Origin: Vicugna vicugna
Taxonomy: Eukaryota
DNA: 64,000 bases
Assembly: GCA_013265495.1 (NCBI GenBank)
Contig: MU058528.1
Coordinates: 186,001-250,000, forward strand
Reading direction: 5' to 3'
Positions 50,966-62,890 of this stretch are shown piece by piece. Under the pieces are notes generated by a model that ran no database searches, was not told the origin of the DNA, and worked only from the letters and a program-made list of their open reading frames with translations. The stretch's first letter is position 1, and the number at the start of each line of letters is the position of its first letter. Position numbers and translations under genes: made by a program.

Positions 50966-51567
50966 TGAGACAGGAGGGAAGGGGGCAGGGCACAGTCATG
51001 AAAAGAATGATACAGCAACTAGCACCAAGGTGGTGGAAATTCAACTCCCAGTAAAGCTTGAACTTCAATATACTCTCGTTGACATACTATAGCTACTAAA
51101 TGGTATTCTGATGGTGCCAGGACAGTTTCAAGGCTGACCACAAAAGGTCAAAAAGTGAGTGATGGCCCCGTTCCTGGGACTCCCAGCCCCTTCCCCAGAG
51201 TGGTTGGAATAACCCTTCCACTTGTTAGCATATGAAGTTATCAAGGCCATGAAAACTAGCAACACCATGCCTCGTGGCCACTCCCCGTTTTGAGTGAGAC
51301 ACACCACACTCTGTCTATGGGGTGTGTACCTCCTTTTACTTCACAGTGAGCACCGAACTCCCACACTGCATGGTCTTTCTCTTGCCTTCTGAGACGGCCT
51401 GTACTCTACAGAGTATGAGTCTCTCTGAATAAATCTACCTTTACTCAGCTGTGGCTCTCTGTTGAATTCCTTCCTGCGTGAAGCCAAGGACCCACACTTA
51501 GCACAGTGAGTCCCAGGGACTCAGCCATGGCTATCTTCTTGCCCCATATTTTTTTTTTCCTGTAGCG
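50966..51567 (+). mobile_element. Complete solo LTR, class I ERV, MER41-like (602 bp)
   Basis: Starts TGAGACAGGAGGG; AATAAA near 51428; TTGAATTCCTTCCTGCGTGAAGCCAAGGACCC is typical of the MER41 group; ends CCTGTAGCG (CA mutated); 4-bp TSD TAAC at 50962-50965 and 51568-51571. Confidence 0.85.
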
Positions 51568-52727
51568 TAACTGGTGTTACCACCAGAAATACCCTTTGAC
51601 TGAATTTGTGTGGTTAAAGTGGACATTTGAATGAGACCTATGGAATTCCTACATTTTATAAAAATTTTAACAATAAATTATTCTGATGTTTTTTGGAACT
51701 GAGCCGTTGTTTCACTGACACATCGAAATGTTCAGATTCTGTGTAAATATAGCCCAAAGCAGCACAGAATTAAGGCAAAATTAAGGTTTTTGGAGATCAT
51801 AAAAATCTCTTCATTATGCTTTTAGAGCAGAAGGTGCTAGGTCAATAAGCTGAAAATCAATTAGCTTAAAATGAATTAAAAAAATTCAATTCACAAAATG
51901 TACTAGATTTATTCAATTTATGAAAAAGAATTGTTTCTTCTTACTATTTAAAAAGTTTATATAAATTATGGAATGATATTAATAGGGTATAATGATTCCT
52001 GCAAAATTTTAGTTAATCAATTGTTCTTCAACAGCAGGAGAAAATATTCAATGTACCAAAATCTAAGATCATAGCGTTTTATCTACTATGAATGTATGTA
52101 ATGTTCAGAAAAGTGTATTTTAAAGTCAATAAAAATTTTTTTCAAAGCCTAATATGGATTTTTTCAGTTCATACTGATTTTGTTTAGATCATACTTCCAA
52201 TAATTTTTATTTTGCCAAAGTTTTAGCATGTTCATGATTTTATTTTCACTTTCTTCAAAAGAATATCAATCTTGGTTTGTGATTTATAGCAATTACCAGC
52301 TAAAATTTATTATTAACTTCTAGTATATTTCTTATTTTATTCTTCTATATTTGGGAATTTTAAAACAACTTATTTTTTTGAAAAAATTTTCCACTGTTTT
52401 ATTCATGATTATCAAACACAAAATTTTAGGTACCAATCATGCAATCATTTCTAATAGTCCTTTCCTGGCATTTTTCCTCACTTCTTTCCTGTTGGGTTAA
52501 ATATCCTCACACTCTTATTTACACTTTCATGCTTCTTCTTTCCACAAATTGCTACTAAGCTGATTATCCCAATTGGTCTTTGTAAAGAAAAGTTGAGTAT
52601 TTTACTGTATGAGTGTTGTTTAGTCAATTCTGATTTATTTGGATGATTTTCAATATCATTCATATTGTTTCAAACCTTAACCACTTTTAGTTTTCCTTTT
52701 CATCAAGTCCTCATGGAGCCTCATGTG

Positions 52728-52816
52728 TGAATGTCTGGAGGTACAGCCCTAGCATCACTGTTTTTAAAAAGTTCTCTAGATGAGTCTCACGTGCAGCCAG
52801 GGGTGAAAGCCGCTGG
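52728..52816. mobile_element. MER5-like hAT-Charlie fragment
   Basis: TTTTTAAAAAGTTCTCTAGATGAGTCTCACGTGCAGCCAGGGGTGAAAGCCGCTG. Confidence 0.6.
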
Positions 52817-54464
52817 CTGGGATGATGATTTTCATTACGCCCAGTTTTCAAGAGCCTTCCCCGGTGGGCCCTGTTCTCCTCATTCAAGAGGCTCTGTGAA
52901 CTGGTACAAGCTTGGCAACCAGGCAAGAGGCTGAGAATTCCGATTAGAGTGATTCAAGTCAGACCTTGAATTTTTCCATTTATTATCTAAGCTGCATCTG
53001 CAATGATTTCGTTCCTGGGTACCCCATGATCGATGAGCCCTTGCCACAGATTCCTGTGGGTCAGAACTGACCACTGCCCTGTCTATACCACTGAGATGGA
53101 TCTGGCAGTTAGGATTCCATGATCCCACTGAAGTCAGACAGTCCCATTTGTCTGCAGCTTCTCTCCCTATCAGGTATGACCTCCAGGAGACAGACGGCAC
53201 AGAGCTTTCCAAGAATGCTGTTGCCTCCCTCACCAGTGCATGTCTTTATGTCTTCGTGAAAGGCTGTCCCCTGAGGCCTCCCAGGAGTTATGATTAGGGA
53301 GTAGCTGAGCAGGCTGTGCATAAATTATAGGTCCAGCCAAACATCCTCATCTTCATGGGATTCTGGACTCCTTCCTCTCCAGAAGGTCAGGGATTTAAGT
53401 TCTGGCATTTCAAGCTTACAGATTATAAGCCTCAGCTGAGTCCAAGCTCAGAGCCTCAGCCTAGCAGGCCATTATTATTACTCATATATATTATGGGTAC
53501 ATCCCAGATCCTGGATGATTGCATTCTATTTATTTATTTGCCCCATTCTAATGTAATATTAGAATCCACCCATTTTTACACACGCTCCCTGCAATTCCAT
53601 CTGGGCCAGGCCTTATTCCTCTCTGACTAGGCTACACTTGGGTCCAGCTTTCATTGTGGACCTGAGACAATGAGGGATGTTGGGGAAAGGTCCTCAGAGG
53701 AATAGGCATCTTCTTGTTAGTCAACTGCCCTGGTGATAACAGGGGACGGTTGGTTCCTCTCTGCCAGGAGGAATGGGACTGCTTCTGTTGGCAGGAAAAA
53801 GTCCAGGAAGATTTGTGGATTCAAAGTTCTCAGCCTTATCTTGTCTGCCCAGTGTCCTCATCCCATGTCTTAGGGTTTCACTCCTCACCCAATAATGCCC
53901 TGTCTCAGCATAAGAGATCCATAAGGTTATATATTTATCTGATGTTGCATCTCCTAAACCCTTACAATTAAGTCTTCGCACTTGATCTTTGACTGTATCT
54001 GCTCTGTGGATACAGATAAGGAACCGTTTTAAAGCTGTTACAGAGGCTTTCTAATTTTTGAACTGTGTCTTGTGGCTTTCAACTTATCTTTTTTTCTGTG
54101 ATGTTCTCTAGGATTATCAGGAGAAGCTACCACATTTTTGATACAATTTTTGTAATGGCCACTATCATCACAGAAACTAAACTCTACAGTCACGTGATCT
54201 CTCAGTGTCTTGTTCTCTACCTGTGCTCTCTTCCATGCCACTGCTAATAAATTGAGTGATCATGAGGTTACTTCATACCATGGAATCCTAATGTCCCATT
54301 CCCCTCCCCCATAAAGAAATAAGGTTATCCGTATGCCTACCAAACATGTAAGCAAACCTATCTTAAAATTCAGTTTTGAAGTTTTGTTTCCTTGAGCCTG
54401 TTCTGGTACTAATTACTATAAATTTTAGGATCCTGGAAGAGAATAGAGGTTGTATGCAAAGAAA

Positions 54465-54885
54465 GTGATTATGTAATATGTACTCCTGGATTCAAAACTG
54501 GACCAGGTTTTTTTTTTTTTCTGTAGGAGACATTATTAGGTCAATTGGAAACATTTGAATAAGAGCTACAGGTTAGGAAATAGTATTGCATTAATGTTAT
54601 TTTTTCTTGTTTTTGTAATCATTCTATGGATATAGATGTGAATATTCTTGGTCTTTGGTTTTAGGAAATACACACTGATTTATTAGGCTAGAAGGGGCAT
54701 CAAGCATTCAACTTACTCTTAGATAATTGAGAAAATGTAATCAAACTTTCATTTTTAGAGAAAGAGAGAGCGAGCCAATATGTTTGAGGTTAAACACTGG
54801 GGAATCTGAGTGAAAGGTACACAGATGTTCTTTATATTATTTTTGTTACTTTTCTACACATTTAAAGATATTTCAAAATAGCTAG
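54465..54885 (+). mobile_element. L1ME-type 3' end
   Basis: GACATTATTAGGGTCAATTGGAAACATTTGAATA...GGGGAATCTGAGTGAAAGGTACACAGATGTTCTTTATATTATTTTTGTTACTTTTCT. Confidence 0.65.
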
Positions 54886-54894
54886 AAAAGGAAA

Positions 54895-55675
54895 GGTTGA
54901 CTAAAGAGAGTTTAATAAAGGGACAAAATCATGGTGAGGGCATCCAGGGTTGACAACAGGAAGAAACTGTCACCCACTCTAGGTATAAAAAAACAAGTTG
55001 GCTGAGCAGTTGCCAGAACCTAAAAAACCTGCAAGTGTTAGAAAGAGTAACCTAATGTGAGCTTCCAACCTGTGCCCCAACAGGGAAGAACTCAGGGAAA
55101 TGAATACCTCTTGCCCTTTTCTCTTCTTTATCCTCCTTATTGGTTCAGGTCCTCCAAGAAGCAGATGTCAAGATGGAATTAGTCATGCAGTAGATTTATT
55201 GGAGAAACAACTGTGAGAGAAATAGAGAGAGAGCAGGAGGAGGCTGTCAGTCATCAGACCAGCATCTAACACATGTAGATAGAGGAAAGGAAGGGATTTG
55301 GATTTGGTAGAGGACACGTCAGCTGTGATACAGCTTTGAAAAGTCCATTGGGAAGTCCTCAAGGCAAAGCTGTCCATCAGAGGAGTCCTAGGTCTTGCAG
55401 TAATGGACCTCCCTTAGGTTTTCTGTTATGCTCAATGACTTCCTAGAAGGAGTACGTGGGAAGTTTGCCCTATATAGATGCAGTTAATGACATGCCCTGC
55501 AGTTGGAGATCTGAGAGGAACATTTTCATGACTATTATACTGTCCATTTCCCAACCAATTGAGAGCTAGAGGGCAAAGGAGTGAGATTACATGAAGGTCC
55601 AATTCCCTAAAGAAGTTGGGGAAAGTTGGAGCAGGATGGAACCGGGTGGATCCAAAGGGTCTGACAGAGCCCATG
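54895..55675 (-). mobile_element. Old ERVL LTR (LTR67B-like) interrupted by an LTR16-family LTR at about 55140-55545
   Basis: GAGAGTTTAATAAAGGGAC...CTGTCACCCACTCTAGG...GCAGTTGCCAGAACC; nested GGTCCTCCAAGAAGCAGATGTCAAGATGG...GATTTATTGG...GATCTGAGAGGAACATTTTCATG. Confidence 0.55.
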
Positions 55676-56503
55676 TGTCAAAAAAAAAGAGAGAGAGAGA
55701 GAGAGATTTTCAGGCAGATCTCAGGCCCCTAAAGACAATCTGGGTGGCTCTCCTTAAAGGTTGGGTACAATTAAGAGGTCAGGCAAGGCACAACCAACCT
55801 TTTGCAACTGAGATTTGAAAAGGAAAGAAAGAAAACTGCCCAATCCTGGCAGTAATGAAGTCTAGGGGGAAGGAAAGGGGACAAATATTCCAAGTGTAGT
55901 ATGGCTGGCACCCAGGGGAATGGCTACATACGAAAATTTCAAAAATAACAGGTAAGATTTGTAACACTAAGAACTCAAGTGAGGTCAGCTTACTTGAGTG
56001 AGCCAGACAGCAAAGCAATGAATTGTCTGTCCTTAGGGGACCGTGGAAATCTGTGATGGAAGATGGGCCAGTGAGCCGTCACACTTGAGCATATTTAAAC
56101 CTATTAGCATCTATTTTGCTAACAAGATGAGCTTAGAACATGGCATTCTTGGGACAATAGGAAGAAGCAGCAGTGGTGAACTGATTAGAATTCAAGCTCT
56201 CCCTGGCTGCGTGAGATGCTGGGTTATTTCATCAACTCTGGACAACTTGTCTGGTGCGGGGACAATTCCAGATCAACGCCGAAACTTTGAAATTCCTCTA
56301 AAAAGTTCGAAAGTAACTGACAAATTTGGGTGCAAAAAAGGTTATATCTTGTGTTATACTCAAATACAAACAATGATCTCACCCCCAGTGCTAGACTGGA
56401 AGGAACTTTTTAAGGACTTTTCTCACTTCTCATGTAAGAAGTCTGAAGAAGAAGAAAAATGAGTTGGTAACAGAAGTGGCAAAAACTAAGTTTCTTGACT
56501 CTT

Positions 56504-56567
56504 ATATCACTACTTATTTAAGAAAGTCTCATATCACTACTTATTTAAGAAAGTCATCACTACTTAT
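56504..56567. repeat. 27-bp-period tandem duplication, about 2.4 copies
   Basis: ATATCACTACTTATTTAAGAAAGTCTC / ATATCACTACTTATTTAAGAAAGTC / ATCACTACTTAT. Confidence 0.95.
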
Positions 56568-57840
56568 GGAGACAGAATATGATTGTTGGGGGGCGGGTGC
56601 CGAATACAATTGTTGCTGAGAAAGAGACTCAAGGAGAGAAAGAGAAGTGATCGATCTGCCCAAGAAGATTTAATTAAATAGCAAGAGGTGCAGGTTGAAA
56701 AGAGAAAAAACGACAACAAACTCCAAAAAACACATCAGATGCTGAAAGCTTTTTTCTTCTATGAAAGAAGTCAGGGTACAGTGTTTCCAAAACTCAGCCC
56801 CTTCCTATAAAAGACAGAAAAGTAAATGTAAAGCCTCTGTCACTTCAGTCTTACCACCACTATAGTGATATATTATGTAATTTCGAAGGATTTCTACTGA
56901 TTTGAGGGGAAAGGTAGGGAAGTAAGCATTTTTATAAGAAATTATATTTTATTTAAATAATTAGTACCATTTTGAAACTAAGTACTATTTTGGCAGCCAC
57001 TTTATTAATGAAAAAAGGATTATCTAGTAAATATTTTCTAAGATTTATAACAGATGGGAGTTGCAAAATATTAAAATAATTTAATGTTCTAACAAAAATA
57101 CCTATGAAAATTTACAGCTTTGATGTTCTGTGACACTTTTTTTGGAGGACAGGGTGTAATATAACACACATGCTTCTTATTATAATCCTTATTTTAGATT
57201 TGTTTAGCAAAATTCCTAACCATAATTTTTCCTAGCTGAGGACTTTGCTTAACTCAATTATGCATACAGATGGCTTTTCTGATAGGTTAACTTTTTATTC
57301 TGAATGTTACAATTATATGATTGTTATCTTCTGGGTTGCCAGTCAATCCAGGCTTCTTGACGGTGGCATGTGTCCATTTATACCACTTAGCCCAGAGCAT
57401 AGTGGCTGGCAAGCAATGGTTTTTGTTGTGTGAATGAATGACAGTGGGAATGATTATGGAGAATAAATAATATACTGGAATCGATTAGATTATTAGAAAA
57501 GTTTTCAAGTATTTTATATATCAGGATTTTAATGTCTTTAAGGCATTTACTATACATAGTGTTTCATTGACATTGTAATTCTATTTTTTATTTATAGACT
57601 CACAGTTCCAATACTTTTAGCATTTAGACAGTTGCAATGTTAACTTGAATATTTCAAACCACTAAAAAGTAAGACTGAAATGTCTAGAATCAAGGAGTTT
57701 CTCAGGTTTAATACTTTAATTACAAATAATGATGTTTAACTGTAATTATAGTGTTTTATTACTATGTATACCACATTAAATTAAACAGATGGGGTTTTAC
57801 AGTGCCATGGTAGTTATCATTTAAATGATAAATTGTTGTG

Positions 57841-58421
57841 CTGGACCTGTATGCTGCCCGGGACATCGAGAATCACAACATGGTCATCGAGTACGTTGGC
57901 ACTATCATCTGAAAGGAAGTGCCAACTGGAAGGAGAAGCTCTATGAGTCCCAGGACTGAGGTGTGTACATGTTCTGCATGGACAACGACCACGCCATCAA
58001 CACCACGCTCACGGGAGGGCCTGCGAGGTACAGCAACCATTCGTGGGCTCTGAACTGTGTGGCTGAAGTGATGATCTTTGAGTGAGGACACAAGACTGTC
58101 ATCAGATCCAGTCAGAGGATCCAGAAGGGAGAAGAGCTCTGCTATGACTATAAGTTTGACTTCGAGGATGATCAGCACAAGGTCGCCTGTCACTGCGGTG
58201 TGGTGAACTGCAGAAACTGGATGAACTGAGCATCCCTTGCTGTCGAGGGTGCCTCGTCCCTGGGAGGACGTGATTCGACACACCATTTGAATTTTGCGGA
58301 CAGAAAGATGTTTTTTGTTTTCTGTTTTATAACTTTTGAAAACTAGCTTCTGGGAGCTCTGATTTCTTCAGTCCATTAGGGTGAAGGAGCATAGAAGAAA
58401 GCCGACAGAGAGAAAAAAAAA
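57841..58421 (+). pseudogene. KMT2C: Processed pseudogene of KMT2C (MLL3): C-terminal SET and post-SET domain plus proximal 3' UTR, 5'-truncated
   Basis: Translates as LDLYAARDIENHNMVIEYVGTII*KE(frameshift)ANWKEKLYESQD*GVYMFCMDNDHAINTTLTGGPARYSNHSWALNCVAEVMIFE*GHKTVIRSSQRIQKGEELCYDYKFDFEDDQHKVACHCGVVNCRNWMN* (stop at 58227-58229). ESQ, MDNDH, IQKGEELCYDYKFD and VNCR favour KMT2C over KMT2D. No introns; A-tract 58413-58421; perfect 14-bp TSD GATAAATTGTTGTG at 57827-57840 and 58422-58435. Confidence 0.95.
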
Positions 58422-59859
58422 GATAAATTGTTGTGTCTTTCCCTTTAGGATACTGAACCTCTCTAATAGTCCCACTGTGTAAAAATAAATTTCAAATGTG
58501 TCCTTTGACTTTTCCGATGACTTAATCATTGGTTGATCCTTTGACTGTTGCAGCTGACCTTTATAGTTGTGTGTGGTCTTAAATCTCTCATTTTTTGGCA
58601 CAAATCAGTAGGTAAAATATTTGGAATTCTTGGGTACAGAACATTCTTTTGAACTCTTGTATTAAGAATAAAATGTTAAGAACATAATACATATTAATTT
58701 AGCAGTATGATTATTATAACTTGAAACGTTATTTAATGAGATTGCTACCACTGTCATTATAACAATATTATGTATTAACTATTCTCAAGCTATATACCCA
58801 CACTAGTATTAACACAAACAATTTTAAACAGATATTATATTTATTCTCTGTGGTTCTTATGGCCTTTAATTAAAAACTGATGGTATTGACCAATAGGACA
58901 GTCTGAAATATTTGAAACTATTGATTTGGCAGACTGAGGTATGTTGGTGTAAAAGTAAATGTAAATGGGAAAAAAAAAACTTCCAGAAAATATTGGTATG
59001 GACTCTTTTTCTGTAAAGTGAGTTAACTTTTGGAAGAGTTTGGGAATAGAGGTAAAATGGATAATTGATTCTATTTAAAAAGAAAAGTTTAATAAACTGG
59101 TTTTGACATCTCTAATCCAATAGAAATTAACCCTTGTTTAACCCTTGCTCTGTGCCAGAAGTTGTACTGACTTGTCTACTTTACAGACTCTGAGTTCTCT
59201 TTGGTGAACTTTTGTAGATAATTTCTAACTCTACGACAGTGTACTGAGATGATATGCACTATTTTATATAGATAAAATAATTTGCTGTCCAGCTTAGTTA
59301 TAAAACATACACTGAACTTAGATGGTATAGGCTTTAGCACTAGAACAAACAATTTTAGGTAAGGATAAAGACTTTTTTTAAATATAAGTTTTCCCTACCT
59401 CCCTTTGGAGCGTGTGAAAAGTAGAAGACCAAAGATAAAAATTCTGAGGCCACTTTTCCTGATTCTGTTTAGCTTTAAAGTGATGCAGATTAAAAAGAAA
59501 GGGGTGCTAACATTTACAAATAGGATTAAGCCTTGTAGACATTGAACAGTGAGTAGAAAGGGCAAATTTCAGCTTTGCAAAGAACTCAACTTTTGATGAT
59601 TTATATAAATATGGCAAGAACAGAGTGAATTTTGTTAATTTATGTGAGGAAAACCAACTGAAACATGGGGTAATATTTTTAGTATAGTACATTTCTTTGG
59701 CTTATTTATGTATTTTTAGTTATGAAGACAACATATATTTACTTTTAGTTGCGGCCACCAATAAAATTCTCTCAAGAATAAGTGCTTGACTCCTTCATCA
59801 GGGGATTAGTGTGACAGAATAAGTAAATATACATGGTTCACTCAGTTGCAGACCACATA

Positions 59860-59943
59860 TTACTGTAGTATTTACTGTTAAAAAAATCTGCGTGTTAGTG
59901 GACCTGTGCAGTTCAAACCCATGTTGTTCAAGAGTCAACTGTA
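59860..59943. mobile_element. Tigger2/MER8-like terminal fragment
   Basis: AAAAAATCTGCGTGTTAGTGGACCTGTGCAGTTCAAACCCATGTTGTTCAAGAGTCAACTG followed by TA. Confidence 0.8.
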
Positions 59944-60049
59944 CTTGTCGCAGAGCCTGGCCCATAACAGATACCCCATATTTATTAATTATTTTTTAAA
60001 ATCCCAGATTCTATTTGGTACATATTTCATCTTTTTACAAAGGGTATGA

Positions 60050-60800
60050 GGTGGCATCCATGTTTGTCTCTCATGGCGTGTCACCTGAGGAATGAATCTT
60101 CATCGCCAACATTGTAAACTAGTCCTTTTACTTTCTTTCCTCCTACTTTAAAAATGTGCATATTTCTCCCCAATCTTTAGCACACAGAATGCAATCTTCC
60201 TCTAATAGTTACTCTGTCTTGAATTTGTATTTCTTTCTTTTCAACTTCTTGGTCCTCTTCTTCATCAACCATTTCTTTTTCAATCCTACACATTGGCTTT
60301 GGCCACCATCACTTGGCTGAAATGTTCCCTGAAGGTCCACAGGGCCCTCCTAGTGGGTGTTTTCCATCTTCATACTCTTGACTTCCTTGAAGCCTTTGAG
60401 ACTTATGAGAATTTACTCCCTCTGCATATTCTATGCTGCCTTGGTCTTTGTGACACCATACAACATGCTTTGACTCTCCAATTGCTCCTTCTCAGTCTTC
60501 TTTGCTCTCATATTGCCAGTAGTTAGATAATCCATTATCCCATTTTGTTGAGGACTATTCCACATTTAGTACTGAAAGTTCCCTTTTCCAGGAAGCCTGT
60601 AAGTCCTGGGCAAACCAAGAAAGTTGGTCACCCAAAACTTTTCCCTTAACTGTTGCCATTCCCCAGACTTCTGTCCTTAGTTCTCATATCTTTCTCTACT
60701 TAGTAGTATTTTTTGTCTTTTGCAAAGGTTTCAACTACTTACTACATATCAGTGGTGACCAATTCTACATCTCTAGCCGTAAGTGTTCTGCTGAACCTTA
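60050..60800 (+). mobile_element. Decayed L2, with a nested MER94-like hAT-Blackjack MITE at about 60520-60635
   Basis: CCATCTTCATACTCTTGACTTCCTTGAAGCCTTTGA (L2); TTTAGTACTGAAAGTTCC...GTCCTGGGCAAACCAAGAAAGTTGGTCACCC (MER94). Confidence 0.6.
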
Positions 60801-60809
60801 AACACTGTT

Positions 60810-61030
60810 TGTGAGAAAAGGACATGGGCTCTAGACTGGGCTCCTAAAATCTAAACCATACTGGCTACTAAGTCTGGACCTTGTATAATTTACTTAAACT
60901 CTCCACATCATAGTTTACTAACTTGTGAATGGGTATAATGCTAAACTTAAAGAGTTGTTGTAAGGATTAAAATGAAAAATTTAAAGGTCTCAGTGCAATG
61001 CTGGTATCAAATACTTTGTAGTTATTTTTA
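60810..61030 (+). mobile_element. MIR SINE
   Basis: GAAAAGGACATGGGCTCTAGACT...GACCTTGTATAATTTACTTAAACTCTC...AGAGTTGTTGTAAGGATTAAAATGA. Confidence 0.65.
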
Positions 61031-61464
61031 TTGATTCTGTATTCGAATCTAGTGTTTTTCAGCATTTTCTCCGTTTCCCCAATTTGTCTGAAGGATACTC
61101 CAGTCAGTACAATGGCTCACTAAGGCAAGAATTTTCAATGGCTAAGAAGGAAAGAGACATGTCTAGTTTAGAAAAAGGGCACCAGGTGATCTTGGCATGC
61201 AGCCTCTTGGAAGGGCAGTGTCTCTCCAATTCCCTTCCCCCCATGCCTTTGTTCTCCTAAGTTCAAAACACTTAGCTACTTATGGATATAAATTTAAATA
61301 TCATAATTCAAAATAGTTATTTTATTGCATTCTTATTACATTCTGGAATGTTTCTTTATCCCATTCAGACGATGAGTTTATTCAGTCATTTAATATTCAC
61401 TGATTAAGCCCACCCTGTTTTTGCTAAAGTAGCAGTCTTAGTATTAGTAGAACTTAAAACTTAG

Positions 61465-61572
61465 CTGTAATCCTTAAAGTTTGGTGTGCATCAGAATCAC
61501 CTGGAGGCTGTGCTAAAACACAGAGTCCTCCACCCAGAGTTTCTGGGATGGGACCTGAAGATGTGCATCTCG
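61465..61572. mobile_element. MER5A-like hAT-Charlie fragment
   Basis: CTTAAAGTTTGGTGTGCATCAGAATCACCTGGAGGCTGTGCTAAAACACAGA. Confidence 0.75.
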
Positions 61573-61729
61573 GATATTCAAAGGGCATGGTAGTTTAACT
61601 TAATTTTAACCTCAAGTATTTGTTTTCTTTTTCCTTCTCCTCCTTCTGCTTCTCCTTCTCCTCCTTCTTTTCCTTCTTTTGGCTTTTCTTATCTGGAAAT
61701 CTGATTTCTCTCCCTCATCCTTAAACGTT

Positions 61730-62019
61730 TTATTTTTATTTATTTTTTAATTGCAGTATAGTCAGTTTACAATGTTATGTTAATTTCTGGTGCATAGAAA
61801 TGTTTCTGTCATACATACACATACATATATTCCTTTTCATATTGTTTTCCATTATAGGTTATACTATAAGATTTTGAATATAGTTCCCTGTGCTATACAG
61901 TAGGAATTTGTTGTTTATCTATTTTATATAGTAGCTGGTATCTGCAAATCTTGAAGTCCCAATTTATCCCTTCCTATCCCATTTCCCACCCACTCTGGTA
62001 ACCATAAGTTTTTTTCTAT
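61730..62019 (-). mobile_element. 5'-truncated lineage-specific L1 3' end
   Basis: Poly(T)-rich start, TTGCAGTATAGTCAGTTTACAATG...TTCCCTGTGCTATACAGTAGG; degenerate TSD CTTAAACGTTTT / CTTAGACATTTT. Confidence 0.88.
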
Positions 62020-62870
62020 GCTTAGACATTTTAAATGGATAGAGTTAATTTTCATTTTAATATAATCTTTATTTGCAAATGCAATTTATTACAGAAATTT
62101 GGCATAGTATGTGAATTCCATATCATCTCTAAGTCTTAACCAATTTTAGATACACGAAACGTGACAGTCAAGAGCTTCAATGAAACTGAAGGTTAGTTAT
62201 GTTTAAATGGCTTGAATTTCAGCTTTTATTCTGCCTGCTTTGCTTGATTATTTGCAAAATGTTCTTTAAGTAAAAAGGCCACTCCTTTATTTTGTAGACT
62301 TGAGCACAAAGAATTTCAATGACAGTCTCAAAGTCACCCCACTAGTTAATGACAGATCAAGGAAGAACATATTAGTTTCTTAGTTTAGTACATTCCTCAC
62401 TTATCACACCTTCTCTTAATATCATAATATTTCAGGTTATGGGTGGGAGTAATGTTCAGGTCACTGTTAGACAGGGTAATAACAGTTCCAGAGCTACCTA
62501 CAGATTTCCATATTACCTAGAATTATTGACCATGTCTTCTTGGTATAGAGACATCTAGCTAGGTAAAACAAAATGAAACATTTCAGTTTTTCCTATGATA
62601 AAATAGTAGATCTTTGGAACCTCAGTGTTACTAATGAGAATTTTTGTTTTTCTCCTTGCTTTTCTGTCTGTGAATGTAACTGTTGTTTTTTTTTAAAAAA
62701 AAAATGCAGAGCAAAGCAGTGTGTGGAATGTTTGTGATCGTCAAATGGGGAACACAGAACATTTTAAGCTAATGAGAGTTTTTACTTCCCAGGGTGACCT
62801 GTTTGTACTCTGTGCCAAGGGACCTCTAAGAGGCCCACAGCTGCTTCCATTGTGTCATTTCAGACATGAA

Positions 62871-62890
62871 GTGCCGCCCCCTGCAGCAGC
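62871..62890 (-). promoter_or_regulatory. Candidate CTCF site
   Basis: Minus strand GCTGCTGCAGGGGGCGGCAC resembles the CTCF core CCASYAGRKGGCRS, in apparently unique DNA. Confidence 0.4.

Noticed and set aside
56043..56462. Longest ORF in the track (139 aa)
   Set aside because: GTG start, no recognisable domain or exon structure; within chance expectation for 64 kb.
57873..58286. 137-aa minus-strand ORF
   Set aside because: It is the antisense shadow of the KMT2C retrocopy; codon bias of the former sense frame explains the lack of stops, and the start codon and protein have no independent support.
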